Assembly: GCA_044222185.1 (NCBI GenBank)
Contig: JBGANV010000001.1
Location: forward strand, 1,984,001 to 2,048,000
Source: Planctomycetota bacterium
GTDB taxonomy: Bacteria; Planctomycetota; GCA-002687715; CAIWVZ01
DNA length: 64,000 nt
Direction of reading: 5' to 3'
Part shown: positions 8,775 through 19,285 of the stretch, piece after piece
How positions within the stretch are numbered: position 1 is the first letter of the stretch
Layout of the letters: every line of letters starts with the position of its first letter
The notes under the pieces: generated by a model
Seen by the model: only the letters and a program-made list of their open reading frames with translations
Told to the model about the DNA's origin: nothing
Database searches by the model: none
Program-made: the position numbers and the translations under genes

Positions 8775-11700
8775 ATGACTTCAACGTTTCAACTGCGAAC
8801 CTGCACGCTTGCCGGACTGACGATGACGCTCCTGTTGCTTGCCTCGCGGTCCCCGGCGCAGGACGGGATGCCTGAGCCGCCGCGGCCGGGCTGGGTTCTC
8901 GTCGACGACATGTGGCTCCCGCCGGAGGCGCTTCTCGGGGACGGTTTCTACCACGGGACTCTCTGGAGCGCCGGAGTCGTTCCGTACGCGTTGGACGCAA
9001 GCCTATCCGCGGTTCAGCAGAGCGCGGTCCAGACCGCCATGGAATACCTGGAGGCGGTGTGCGGGGTCGACTTCGTTCCCCGCACCGTCGAGCCCAACTT
9101 CATCCTCGTCCGGCAGTACGCCGCCATGGGCAGTGCGGGCCAATGTCCCGTCGGAATGGTCGGCGGCGTGCAGGAGCTCGCCGTCGGCCCGTTCTTCACG
9201 GGCTCCACGGTGTTCATGCACGAACTCCTTCATGGACTCGGGTTCCAACACGAGCACCAACGTTCGGACCGAGACTCGTTCATCACCGTCAACTGGGGGA
9301 ACGTCGCAAGCATCTGTGGGAGCACAGGCGATCAGCCCTGCACAGGGAACTTCCCCATCATCCCCGGTGGGACCCTTCACGGGACATACGACTTCCTCTC
9401 CGTCATGCATTACCGGCGGAACACCTTCGCCAACCCGGGCACGGATACGATCACGTGCAATGCACCGTTCGTTGCCATGCAGAACGTCATGGGAACGCTG
9501 AGGAGCATGTCCTATGGCGACGCTGCGGGATTGATCGCCCACTACGGCTCGACGCACGTCCATCCACTCCTATCCGGAGTCTGTCCCGCCATCGTCCCGC
9601 AGAATGCCGGCGATCGGACGATCTCCATCTTCGGCTCGAACTTCTATCAGGGGTCGCTCGACGGAACCGGCGTGCCAGGAACGCTGGTGCTGGTCAATGG
9701 CATCGCCGTCTCGACGCTGAGCGTGACGTTCGTCGACAGCCACCGCCTCGACGCTGTCATCCCGGGATTCTGGTTTGCAAATCAGGGGACGTTGCAGATC
9801 AGCGTCGAGAACCCTTACGGGGGCGCCTCGCCCGCCGTCCCCCTGCAAGTCGGACCTCAGGTCTCGTTCATCGGGAACTGGAACGGAAGCGGCGTGGGCT
9901 CTCAGATGGGCAAGGCTGTCGCCGGCATCGGCGACGTGAACGATGACGGATTCGATGACGTCGTCGTCGGCTCCCCCGGCGACTTCTACAACGGCCAGCA
10001 GTATGGCGGCCGGGTCACCTGCTACTCAGGCAGCGACGGCGCAACGATCTGGAGCGTGCTCGGGGTCGCTCCGCGCGGGCATGGAACGGCACTCGCCAAC
10101 GCGGGGGATGTCGATGGCGACGGGATCAGCGACGTGCTGGAAGGAGCGCCCGCAACCTATGGGAGTAGCCCTTACATCGGCTACGCGATCCTTCGGAGCG
10201 GCGACACCGGCGGAATCATCCGAACGTACTCCACGGGCGTGATCAACGACGGCTTCGGAACGTCCGTCGCCAACGCGGGAGACATCGATCTCGACGGCGT
10301 GCCGGATCAGATCGTCGGAATCCCGTTGGCCCACATGGTGAAGGTGTACTCCGGCGCAACGGGCGGACTCATTCGAACGCACACCATCGGAGTCGGATCC
10401 TACTTCGGCGGGGCCGTTGCCGGAGGCTCTGACTTCAATCTCGACGGTGTTCCGGACTACGCCGTCGGCGCGCCGTGGTTCGGGGGTGATTTCCGTGGCC
10501 GCTTCCACATCTTCTCCGGATCGACCGGATCTCAACTGTCCGTGACGACCGGGCTCGTGGCGAACGACTACTATGGACAAACCCTCGCCATGGGGCCTTC
10601 ACCCGACGGACGCGCGGGTGGCGCACTCTACGCCGGCATCCCGGGCTACAACTCGGATACAGGTCAGGTGCGGATTTATGGCGCGAATGCAACGACGCCC
10701 TACCCGCTCGTGGCGACGCGCAATGGCCTCTCGCAGCATGACAAGTTCGGTTGGTCCGTGAACCCCGTCGGCGACATCGACCAGGATGGGCTCGTCGAGA
10801 TGGCCGTGGGGGCGCCGCAAGACGCGAGCGGCCCGGGCTACGTGCGGATCTTCGCATCGACGGGCGCGACTCTCGCTCACGTGGCTGGCACCGAGAACGG
10901 CGGCGCGTTCGGCTGGGCCGTCGCGCCTGCCGGCGACTTCGACCGCGACGGCGTCCCAGATGTGATCGTCGGTGCGGTCAATACCGGACTCTCCTGCATC
11001 AACAACGGCTCGGCACACATCCTCGAGGAGGTCCGCCCGCCGGCACGCAAGAAGGTCATGATCACGGAGGTCTACTGGGGCGAACCTCAGGGCCTGGAGG
11101 TCACGAATTTCGCAGACTTCCCGGTGTCGCTGGGAGGCATGCGAGTGATCTGGGACGACGGTACGCGATACGTGTCGAGCCCGTTCCCATCCTCGATCAC
11201 GATTGCCGCCGGCGAGTCCATCATCGTTCGCGAGACTTGCGGGCCGTTCGGACAGGGATGCGGTCCTGTCGGGTCGTTCTATCCCGAGGCGCCGCCCAGC
11301 ACGCGATCGTTCAGCTTGCTCCCGACGCTCTCGACGCAGAGCCAGGCGCTCCGTGTGGGGCTACTCACGACCGGTGGAGTGGTCCTGGATGAAGTCCGGA
11401 TCCGCGCCGTCGCAGGGGCAACGAGTTCTCTTGCAGGCGTCGGCGGCCACTTCCGTGGCGTGGCACCGCGCCAGAGCAGCTCGATCTGCGCCGAGCGGAT
11501 CTGGGGTCTCGACTCGAACAGCGGCGGGGACTGGACGTCCGAGACGGTCCGCAGCTTCGGGCTCGAGAACCGATCGAGCGGGCAGCGCGGCTCGGATCCG
11601 ATACAGCTCGAGGAGGTCGTCGTCAACGAGTTGCTCGACCGACAGTCGGCTTTTCAGCAGAACTACGTCGAGCTGAAGAACGTGAGCCTCGCTCCGGTGA

Positions 11701-12542
11701 ATCTCCGGAACTGGTTCATCTTGTGGAGTCCGGGCCAGGGCATGCCGCACCAGTTGATCACGCCGTGGTCGAACGATGACCTGAACCTCGGGGCCAATGC
11801 GTTCACGGTGATCGGCGATGTCCAGTCCCAGCCTGCGGAGCTTCCTCCGGGTGTCACCTACGTTCACGCGACCGTCGGCGGACAGGGCCTGCCGTTCCCC
11901 GTCAACGCCGAGGAGTTCGAGATCGCGCTCTACGACGATCACGGCCGCGTCGTCGATCTCGCGCGCGGGACCGGCAATGACGACGTTCGCGTGCACAATC
12001 ACAAGCGGGCACCGTCTGCCGCGTTCGACTTCGCAGGCGCGGTTCCCCGGAGCCTGGACAGCGGATCCGGCGGCACTGGCCGCGATGCCGCGAGCACGGA
12101 CACGAACGCGGGCTCGGACTGGCGCCCGATCTATACCCGCACGATGGGATCGGCGAATCTCCCCTCGACCTGGGGAGGGCCGCCCGGCCTCGGTGACAAG
12201 CTCGACGTTCGCCTGAATGCAACCGGCCTTGGCGGCGGGTTCACGTGCATCATCAATGCGGGTCCGCAGGCCGCCGGCAAACGCTGGAGCTTCTTCTTCA
12301 ACGCCGGCCATCTCGATGGTCAAGGGCCATTCTTCGGGCTTGGCAGCGAAGCCCTTCCCAATTGGCTCATGCTCGGCAATACGCCTCCGTGGTTCGGCTT
12401 CCTCGATTCGAGGGGTTCGGCGCGGCTCGACCTTCCGCCGGCAACGTTCCCGTCCGGCCTTCAGACTGATGGCATGTTCATCCTTCAAGACGCGGCGGGC
12501 GGCCTCGTGCGCCGGACGACCGTGATCGAGTGGGACACGTGA
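8775..12542 (+). CDS. Secreted astacin-family (M12A) zinc metalloprotease with IPT/TIG-like, FG-GAP/integrin-like and lamin-tail-like domains
   Basis: Signal peptide; HELLHGLGFQHEHQRSDRD zinc motif plus YDFLSVMHY Met-turn; several GDxDxDGxxD..VGAP repeats; two VxITEV/VVVNEL...VELKN LTD-like units. Confidence 0.88.
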   Translation: MTSTFQLRTCTLAGLTMTLLLLASRSPAQDGMPEPPRPGWVLVDDMWLPPEALLGDGFYHGTLWSAGVVPYALDASLSAVQQSAVQTAMEYLEAVCGVDFVPRTVEPNFILVRQYAAMGSAGQCPVGMVGGVQELAVGPFFTGSTVFMHELLHGLGFQHEHQRSDRDSFITVNWGNVASICGSTGDQPCTGNFPIIPGGTLHGTYDFLSVMHYRRNTFANPGTDTITCNAPFVAMQNVMGTLRSMSYGDAAGLIAHYGSTHVHPLLSGVCPAIVPQNAGDRTISIFGSNFYQGSLDGTGVPGTLVLVNGIAVSTLSVTFVDSHRLDAVIPGFWFANQGTLQISVENPYGGASPAVPLQVGPQVSFIGNWNGSGVGSQMGKAVAGIGDVNDDGFDDVVVGSPGDFYNGQQYGGRVTCYSGSDGATIWSVLGVAPRGHGTALANAGDVDGDGISDVLEGAPATYGSSPYIGYAILRSGDTGGIIRTYSTGVINDGFGTSVANAGDIDLDGVPDQIVGIPLAHMVKVYSGATGGLIRTHTIGVGSYFGGAVAGGSDFNLDGVPDYAVGAPWFGGDFRGRFHIFSGSTGSQLSVTTGLVANDYYGQTLAMGPSPDGRAGGALYAGIPGYNSDTGQVRIYGANATTPYPLVATRNGLSQHDKFGWSVNPVGDIDQDGLVEMAVGAPQDASGPGYVRIFASTGATLAHVAGTENGGAFGWAVAPAGDFDRDGVPDVIVGAVNTGLSCINNGSAHILEEVRPPARKKVMITEVYWGEPQGLEVTNFADFPVSLGGMRVIWDDGTRYVSSPFPSSITIAAGESIIVRETCGPFGQGCGPVGSFYPEAPPSTRSFSLLPTLSTQSQALRVGLLTTGGVVLDEVRIRAVAGATSSLAGVGGHFRGVAPRQSSSICAERIWGLDSNSGGDWTSETVRSFGLENRSSGQRGSDPIQLEEVVVNELLDRQSAFQQNYVELKNVSLAPVNLRNWFILWSPGQGMPHQLITPWSNDDLNLGANAFTVIGDVQSQPAELPPGVTYVHATVGGQGLPFPVNAEEFEIALYDDHGRVVDLARGTGNDDVRVHNHKRAPSAAFDFAGAVPRSLDSGSGGTGRDAASTDTNAGSDWRPIYTRTMGSANLPSTWGGPPGLGDKLDVRLNATGLGGGFTCIINAGPQAAGKRWSFFFNAGHLDGQGPFFGLGSEALPNWLMLGNTPPWFGFLDSRGSARLDLPPATFPSGLQTDGMFILQDAAGGLVRRTTVIEWDT

Positions 12543-12568
12543 GGCGCAATCCTTCGTTGGAGACAGAC

Positions 12569-14092
12569 ATGAACCGCTCGACACTTCTCATCGTCCTCGC
12601 ATGCGCCGCGGGCATCGCAGGCGCTCAGGCCCCCGACTTCCGCCGGATCATGATCACGGAGGTCTCGTGGAGCGAACCTCAGGGGATCGAGATCACGAAC
12701 TTCGCGGCATCCCCCATCGACCTGACGGCGTGGAGCGTGGTCTGGATCACCGGGTTGGGGATCCCCCCGTTTCCCAGCGTGACCCTGGACGGGGTCATCC
12801 AGTCGGGAGAGACCATCCTCGTCACCGAGATCAGCCCCGTTGCGATACCTGAAGCCCCGCCGACAACACGGATCCTCCCGCTACTTCCCACGATGAGCGC
12901 CTACACGACGGCGATCACGTTCGGGCTGCGCAATGCCGCCAACGCGTACGTCGACGAAGTGCGGGTCTCGGCGACGGGCGGTTCGAGTGGATTGTCCGGC
13001 TTCCCCGGCAGCGGGTTCCGAGGAGTCGCCGCACGGACCCTGCCGCTTGCCGTTTCCGTCGAGCGGATTTGGGGGCTCGACTCCGACGCGGGCCGTGACT
13101 GGACGGAAGAGGTCGTGCGGAGCTTCGGCCTCGAAAATCGATCGAGCGGCGCGCGCGGGACCGATACGCTCGCCGAGCCACAAATCCGCATCACGGAGAT
13201 CGACGACAGCCCGGATTTCGTGGAACTCTACAACAACGGGAATACAGGCGTCGACCTTCGGGACTTCCTTCTCCTCGCGAGCTGGACCCAGGGTGCTCCG
13301 CCATCCCGCATCCTGCCGTTCCCATCGAGCGTCTCGCTCGCGGCGGGTTCCTCCATCGTCATCGGCGACACGGCAGCGGGTCCTGCGGAGCTTCCGGCCG
13401 GGGTTCCGTACGTGAACCTGTCCGCGATCGGCGGCTCGAATCTTCCGTTCGTCGGCACCGAGTTCTCACTCGGGCTCTACGACAACCTCGGGCGACTCCT
13501 CGATCTCGTGCGCGTCACCGGCGACGATGACGGCGTCGTTCACAATCACCCGCGTGCGCCCGCTCACTGGAGCGCGTTCACCGGGTCAGCACCGAGGCAG
13601 GGCTCGGTCGGCGCGGGTAGCCTCGGGCGAGCGAAGCTCGTCACGACGTTCAGCGACACCGACAAGGGATCGGACTGGCGGGCGCTGTTCACCCGCTCCA
13701 TGGGCGCCTACGTCCCGGCCTGGGTCGGCTCGCCGGGCCTCGGCGACGTCCTCGACGTGCGGCTGAACGAAACCGGAATGGGCGACGGCATGACGATCAT
13801 CATCAATGCCGGCGCCGCGACGTCCGGATTCCGCTACTCGTTCTTCTTCAGCCTCGGGCACCTCGAAGGTACGGGTCCGTTCTTCGGCCTCGGCCCGGAG
13901 GCTCTCGAGAACTGGATCGGCGTCCTCGCCTCACCGCCGTTCACCGGCACGCTCGATCTGCGTGGGTCCGCTCGCGTGGACCTGGCGTCGGGTTCGTTGC
14001 CACCGGGGATCCAGTTCGACTGCATCTTCATCCTTCAGACCCCGTCGGGCGCCTACGACCGCCGCACCGCAATCTTGGAGTACGATTCCTGA
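12569..14092 (+). CDS. Secreted lamin-tail-like domain protein, paralog of the C-terminal half of the upstream protease
   Basis: Signal peptide; shares MITEV.W.EPQG.E.TNFA, ERIWGLDS..G.DWT.E.VRSFGLENRSSG.RG.D, HNH.RAP and GPFFGLG.EAL.NW with 8775-12542. Confidence 0.82.
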   Translation: MNRSTLLIVLACAAGIAGAQAPDFRRIMITEVSWSEPQGIEITNFAASPIDLTAWSVVWITGLGIPPFPSVTLDGVIQSGETILVTEISPVAIPEAPPTTRILPLLPTMSAYTTAITFGLRNAANAYVDEVRVSATGGSSGLSGFPGSGFRGVAARTLPLAVSVERIWGLDSDAGRDWTEEVVRSFGLENRSSGARGTDTLAEPQIRITEIDDSPDFVELYNNGNTGVDLRDFLLLASWTQGAPPSRILPFPSSVSLAAGSSIVIGDTAAGPAELPAGVPYVNLSAIGGSNLPFVGTEFSLGLYDNLGRLLDLVRVTGDDDGVVHNHPRAPAHWSAFTGSAPRQGSVGAGSLGRAKLVTTFSDTDKGSDWRALFTRSMGAYVPAWVGSPGLGDVLDVRLNETGMGDGMTIIINAGAATSGFRYSFFFSLGHLEGTGPFFGLGPEALENWIGVLASPPFTGTLDLRGSARVDLASGSLPPGIQFDCIFILQTPSGAYDRRTAILEYDS

Positions 14093-14135
14093 CCTCGCTC
14101 GCGCCGGAGCGCACGGGCGCACAGGTGAATTCTCC

Positions 14136-16937
14136 ATGCCGTCCGAAGACACACCCGAGCATCCCGCATCCGAGACTCCCGACGACATCGAGGCGCCTGA
14201 GGCAACCCTTCGCCATGCGTTCGGTCGCGACGACACGGGTTTCGATGACGAGCCCGAGCGCTTCGGACCATACGTGATCGAGCGCGAGATCGGGCGCGGA
14301 GGCCAGGCCGTCGTGTACGCGGCACGCGACGAACGCCTGGGCCGCCGCGTTGCCCTGAAGGTCCTCCACGCAGCATCGGGAATCACGGCCGCGGCGATGC
14401 AACGCTTCGTGCGCGAGGCGAAGCTGGCATCGCGGCTGGAGCATGGCGGGATCTGTCCCGTCTACGAGTCCGGCTTCCGCGAAGGCGTGCCCTATATCGT
14501 CCTTCCGTTCATCGAAGGGCGGACGCTCGCGGACCGGTTCAGGCGCGGCACGCAGTCTCCTCGTTTCGGCGAACTCGACGCTGCGGGTTCCACCAGGACG
14601 ACGGCGGGGACCGCCAGAGACGTCGACGCGTCATCCGCTGCCGAGCGGACTGGCCGCGAGGCGACCGTCGAAGTGTTGAGCATCGTCGAGAAAATCGCAC
14701 ACGCCCTGCACGCGGCGCACGAGGCCGGCGTGACACATCGCGACATCAAGCCCGGCAACATCATGATCACCGTCGCGGGCGAACCGGTCATCCTCGACTT
14801 CGGTCTGGCCAGAGACGAGCGGACCGAGACATCGGCAATCACCGCCATGGGCGACGTACCGGGCACTCCGGCTTACATGAGTCCCGAGCAGCTCAGCCCC
14901 ACGCCCCATCGAACCGATCGGCGGACTGACATCTGGTCGCTGGGCGTGACGCTCTATGAAGGACTGGCGGGACGCCGGCCGTTCGAAGGCCCGACGCGTC
15001 ACAGACTCTGCGACGCCATCCTCGGCAGCGAACCGCCGTCGCTTCGCGAAGCGAACCCGACCGTGTCGCGCGATCTCGAGGCCGTCGTGCTGACGGCGCT
15101 CGAGAAGGACCCGAACCGTCGATATCAGACGGCGCTCGACTTCGCGGGTGACCTGGAACGCGTCCGCAAGCACGAACCGGTTCGCGCGCGCCCGGTCGGC
15201 GTCGTGCGACGTCTGGCACGTTGGGCTGCGCGGAATCGCGCGCTGGCGGCTGCGCTCGTCGCGCTCGTCGCCGCCCTCGCCGGCGGATTGATCATTTCAC
15301 TCGTTCTTCTCGACCAGGCCGGAACGGCGCTCGCAAACGAACGCGTCGCGACCAAGACTGCCGTCGAGGAGTCCGAGCGTGCCGACAGGAATCTCGAGAG
15401 CTTCGAACTGCTCGCCGATGCACGACGGCTCGCAGACCTCGTTCAGAGAAGCCGAGTGGAGCTCTGGCCGGCCCGCGCGTCGATGGTTCCCGCGATGACG
15501 CGATGGCTCGATGAGGCACGCGACCTGATCGCACGGGCCGGGCTGCATCGCGCCGCGATCGCCGAGCTGGAGACGCGCGCGTGGAGATCAGAATCGCGTC
15601 CAAGAGGCGACCCAGTCGACGTCATGGACCTCGCGAATGCGATCGCGCGCGTCGCCGCGGGACGAAGTCGAGTCTCCGAGAAGCATGCGGCATCCGACGA
15701 CGGCGACCAGGGTGAGGTCGCCAACTTGAGCTCTCTCCTGAAACACCTCGAGTCGCGCCGCGACGCGCTCGCCGCGGCGACCCCGAGGCCCGTCCTCCGT
15801 TTCGACGATCACCGCGACCAGTGGCGATACGACCTCGAGGTGGCGTTCCTCGCCGGGATCGACGCCCTGGAGGCGAAGGATGAACATGGTGACACGGTGG
15901 ACGGGATGAAACGGCGGCTGGGTCTGGCGCAGACGTTGTGGATTCGCAGCGTCGCGGAGTACCGCGAGGGTTGGGGCCGCGCCGTCGATGCCATTCGCTC
16001 GGACGCGCGATTCGGCGGATTCCAGCTGACCCCGCAGGCCGGACTCGTACCACTTGGAGCCGATCCAGTTTCCAATCTGCAGGAATTCGCCGATCTCCAG
16101 ACGGGTACCGTGCCGGTCCGCGACGCGCACACCCACCGCCTCGAGTACAAGGAGGATGCGGCGATCGTATTCGTACTTCTCCCAGGCGGAACGGCGCGCC
16201 TCGGCGCACAGGGCGAAGATCCTGACATGCCGAACCATGACCTTCTCGCCGAGCGATTCGAGTCTCCAATCAACGAAGTCCGGCTCGATCCGTTCTTCCT
16301 CGCAAAACACGAGATGACGCAGGCCCAATGGGTGTTCGTCACGGGGGGCAATCCGAGCGAGCACAAACCGCCGAAGGCGCCCGGAACGGGGCCCGCCTAC
16401 ACGCTGCGACATCCGGTCGAGTCGGTGACGTTCGATGGATTCCGCAGCCTGCTGGCGCGGCTCGGATTCAGGCTGCCGACGGAGGCCCAGTGGGAGTACG
16501 CGTGCCGTGCGGGGACCGCCACGCCGTGGTCGACGGGCAGCGACTTCCACACGCTGGAAGGCTCAGCGAACCTCGCGGACCAGTCGGCCCGACGCGCCGG
16601 TGCACGCTTCTCGGGCGGCGATGATTGGCCCGAGTTGGACGACGGCTTTCCTTATCACGCTCCCGTCGGCTCGTTCCGGCCGAACGCTTATGGCCTGCAC
16701 GACATGCACGGAAACGTCTGGGAGTGGTGCGAGGACTGTGAGTGTCCGTATGCGGTTCCAGCACGTGAAGGCGACGGGTTGCGGATGACCGAGGGCTTCC
16801 TTCGTCGGACCTCGCGTGGCGGAGCATTTCACGTCCACATGCGGTACGTTCGCAGCTCCTATCGTCACGCCGTCGTCGGTACGACGGCGAACGCGTCGTT
16901 CGGAGTGCGTCCCGCGCGTCCCGTCGAGACGCCTTGA
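14136..16937 (+). CDS. Hanks-type Ser/Thr protein kinase with a TM helix and C-terminal formylglycine-generating enzyme (SUMF1/FGE-sulfatase) domain
   Basis: IGRGGQAVVY, VALK, HRDIKPGN, DFGLAR, GTPAYMSPEQ; C-terminal RLPTEAQWEYACRAG, NAYGLHDMHGNVWEWC, RGG..GVRP. Confidence 0.92.
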   Translation: MPSEDTPEHPASETPDDIEAPEATLRHAFGRDDTGFDDEPERFGPYVIEREIGRGGQAVVYAARDERLGRRVALKVLHAASGITAAAMQRFVREAKLASRLEHGGICPVYESGFREGVPYIVLPFIEGRTLADRFRRGTQSPRFGELDAAGSTRTTAGTARDVDASSAAERTGREATVEVLSIVEKIAHALHAAHEAGVTHRDIKPGNIMITVAGEPVILDFGLARDERTETSAITAMGDVPGTPAYMSPEQLSPTPHRTDRRTDIWSLGVTLYEGLAGRRPFEGPTRHRLCDAILGSEPPSLREANPTVSRDLEAVVLTALEKDPNRRYQTALDFAGDLERVRKHEPVRARPVGVVRRLARWAARNRALAAALVALVAALAGGLIISLVLLDQAGTALANERVATKTAVEESERADRNLESFELLADARRLADLVQRSRVELWPARASMVPAMTRWLDEARDLIARAGLHRAAIAELETRAWRSESRPRGDPVDVMDLANAIARVAAGRSRVSEKHAASDDGDQGEVANLSSLLKHLESRRDALAAATPRPVLRFDDHRDQWRYDLEVAFLAGIDALEAKDEHGDTVDGMKRRLGLAQTLWIRSVAEYREGWGRAVDAIRSDARFGGFQLTPQAGLVPLGADPVSNLQEFADLQTGTVPVRDAHTHRLEYKEDAAIVFVLLPGGTARLGAQGEDPDMPNHDLLAERFESPINEVRLDPFFLAKHEMTQAQWVFVTGGNPSEHKPPKAPGTGPAYTLRHPVESVTFDGFRSLLARLGFRLPTEAQWEYACRAGTATPWSTGSDFHTLEGSANLADQSARRAGARFSGGDDWPELDDGFPYHAPVGSFRPNAYGLHDMHGNVWEWCEDCECPYAVPAREGDGLRMTEGFLRRTSRGGAFHVHMRYVRSSYRHAVVGTTANASFGVRPARPVETP

Positions 16938-17017
16938 TGCCAGCGGCCGCCCGCCGACCGGGAAAATTCCCGATGAGGCATCCGTGAATCGGCGCGCAGC
17001 GACTGCAAGCCGCGGGC

Positions 17018-17704
17018 TCACTCGAGGCAATCGAGGAGCCACTTGCATTCAACCTCGACTTCCTCGCCGCGCGCCTGAGGGTGATGGAACGACAGGACTG
17101 AGCGGAGGGCGCGCGTGAACTCCCGCCGGGCGCGCGCGTAGTCGCGATGAACGACAGCCGGATCCCGTCCGAGCCGCGCTGCGATTTCCCGGATCGGCAG
17201 GTCCTCTTGGAAGCGCAATTCCAGAATCTCGATCCGGCGGAGCGCGTCCGGGCCCTCGGCGCGAGCGCGCTCCCTTTGGACAGCCGCGGCCTCCCTCACG
17301 ATGGCCTGCGCCCAGGCACGATCGAACTGGGCGGACAGACTGTTCTCGTCCCGAGGCAGCGCATCGAAGTCGATGCCGACCGCCTCGCCGCGCGCGAGGC
17401 GCTTTGCCTCCCGGCGCTCGAAGCGGAGGGCGACGTTTCGCGCGACGGAAAAGAAGTACGCTCGGAAGCCGCCGCGCCGATCAGGCTCCGCCTTCGCGAG
17501 TACACCGCGCGTGCGAAAGCACTCGAAGAAAACTTCCTGGATTGCGTCCTGAACCAGCTGCGTTCGTGCCGGACGCCGCCAGCGCGATCCGAAGAATGCC
17601 CGCAACACCTGCTCATAACGTCGGCAGAAACGCTCACGGTCGACCGGATCGCCGGCGGCCGCACCGCGAATCAGAGTCCAGCACGTGGTCGACTGCGATT
17701 CCAT
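17018..17704 (-). CDS. ECF sigma-70 factor (kinase-associated planctomycete type)
   Basis: TCWTLIRGAAAGD N-terminus, DAIQEVF region 2, FRAYFFSVARN, region-4 HTH LPIREIAARLG. Confidence 0.85.
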   Translation of the reverse strand: MESQSTTCWTLIRGAAAGDPVDRERFCRRYEQVLRAFFGSRWRRPARTQLVQDAIQEVFFECFRTRGVLAKAEPDRRGGFRAYFFSVARNVALRFERREAKRLARGEAVGIDFDALPRDENSLSAQFDRAWAQAIVREAAAVQRERARAEGPDALRRIEILELRFQEDLPIREIAARLGRDPAVVHRDYARARREFTRALRSVLSFHHPQARGEEVEVECKWLLDCLE

Positions 17705-17801
17705 CGCGGCGAAGTTACACCCTCAGGCGACGCTTCGATACACCGATGTTCGGCGAGTGCAGTCGGCTGCGCGACGGCGGGGCGGGCTCGAGGCACGAGG
17801 G

Positions 17802-17925
17802 TCACCCGCCGGCTTCACGGAGGGGTCGAGGAGCGAACGCCAGATTGGAACAGCGCGTACACGACAACCGAGGAGGTCGTAGGTCATGCCACCTCGGAGC
17901 GTCACGACGACGGCCGGGCCACGCG
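17802..17925 (-). pseudogene. 3'-end remnant of an AAA/DUF4143 ATP-binding protein gene
   Basis: AVVVTLRGGMTYDLLGCRVRAVPIWRSLLD matches AVIVTLQDDATYELPGCRVRAVPIWRWLLD of the remnant at 19286-19400; nucleotide similarity is also visible. Confidence 0.7.
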
Positions 17926-18103
17926 ACTTCCAGAAGCCGCGTTCGCAATGGCTTGGCGTTCGCGGTCTCGGGGACCTATGCGGGCACACACATGACGAAG
18001 AGAAGGCGCGCCGCGTGCCGGCTCAACGAAGAAGTCTGCTTCGCCGCCTCAGTGCGACGAGAGCGTCGACAAGTCGTCAACCCTCATGCCGTAGGATGCG
18101 CCC

Positions 18104-19234
18104 ATGTTGCCCGAGCAACTCCACAATCCCGAGGTCGCCGCCCTCGGCCTCGACGTCGAGGCGCTCGTTGGAAAGTCCATCGCGGAGGTGCGGAGGCTCG
18201 TCGATCGGGGCGATCGCGCCCTCGTCCTCGCGAACGAGGACGCGCCACCGGGCGTGCCATCGGAAGTGATGCGGAAAGAGCCCAACGTCCACGACGGCAA
18301 GCCCGCGCTCACGTGGATGTATCAGACGACCGAAGGCGAGTGGCGGGGCTGGAGCAGCTACATCGTCGACGACGACTTCGTGAGACGCAGCGAGACTCTG
18401 CAGCCCGAGATCATCTTCGGTCAGATCTACACCGTCCGAGCGCGGGCGACGCCGGGAATCGGCGTACGTCCGATCGTCCAGGTGGACTTCGACGCGCGGG
18501 GCACCTGCCTTTTCGCGAGCGACGCGGCACCCCAGCTGACGCTCCTCATGATCGGAGCCGAGGGACGACGGAGGTCCGTGCACGCGTCCCCAGCGCAGAC
18601 GTCCAGAGTCAGAACGACTTCGGACCCGCACCTCGACGCGCTCGTCGAGCCGTTCAACCTCACTCGGCCGGTCGAAGCCATCGTCCTGCGGGATTGGCAA
18701 CCGGGTGGGGCGCCCACTTCCGGCTTCCTCTGGGGCTACGAGTGCGAGCTGCGAAGCCTCATTCTGTGGAATGCCCAGATGGACCAGCGCCTCGTGATCG
18801 GCCGGAACGACGCCGGCTCCTGGTGGCTGGTTGCCGTCGAAAGCGGGACGACGTGCCCGGCAATCAATCTCGACCAGCGCGGCCTGCGTGTTTCGTTCAG
18901 GAGCGCGACCGGCGATGTGGGCCCGGCCTTCGACGTCTACGCCGGCGCCCTCGGTGTTCACCTCTTGGACCTCGATGGCGACGGGTTCGCTGCGAGCGTG
19001 ATCATCGCGCAGCGGAGTTCACCGACATCGACGGCCGGCGTCGAGTCCGTGATCCAGATCCTCGGCCACCACTCCAGCACGCCGGCGGCGACGACGGCAG
19101 TCATCGCCCGCTTCCTCGACGCGGATCAGCGTCTGGAAGTGTCGTCCGCGAGCAGAACGATGACACTCGACGTCGTCACCGTGAAGCGCGTCCCGGCGAC
19201 GCAGTCCATCCTGGTCGTCGCGCGTCCCACGTAG
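18104..19234 (+). CDS. Hypothetical protein
   Basis: 376-aa ORF with coding-like codon use; its N-terminus has a diverged copy at 8464. Confidence 0.65.
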   Translation: MLPEQLHNPEVAALGLDVEALVGKSIAEVRRLVDRGDRALVLANEDAPPGVPSEVMRKEPNVHDGKPALTWMYQTTEGEWRGWSSYIVDDDFVRRSETLQPEIIFGQIYTVRARATPGIGVRPIVQVDFDARGTCLFASDAAPQLTLLMIGAEGRRRSVHASPAQTSRVRTTSDPHLDALVEPFNLTRPVEAIVLRDWQPGGAPTSGFLWGYECELRSLILWNAQMDQRLVIGRNDAGSWWLVAVESGTTCPAINLDQRGLRVSFRSATGDVGPAFDVYAGALGVHLLDLDGDGFAASVIIAQRSSPTSTAGVESVIQILGHHSSTPAATTAVIARFLDADQRLEVSSASRTMTLDVVTVKRVPATQSILVVARPT

Positions 19235-19285
19235 GGAAACGATCTGCGGCTTCGGCGTCGGTCGTTCCCATGCGCAGAGCGCACC

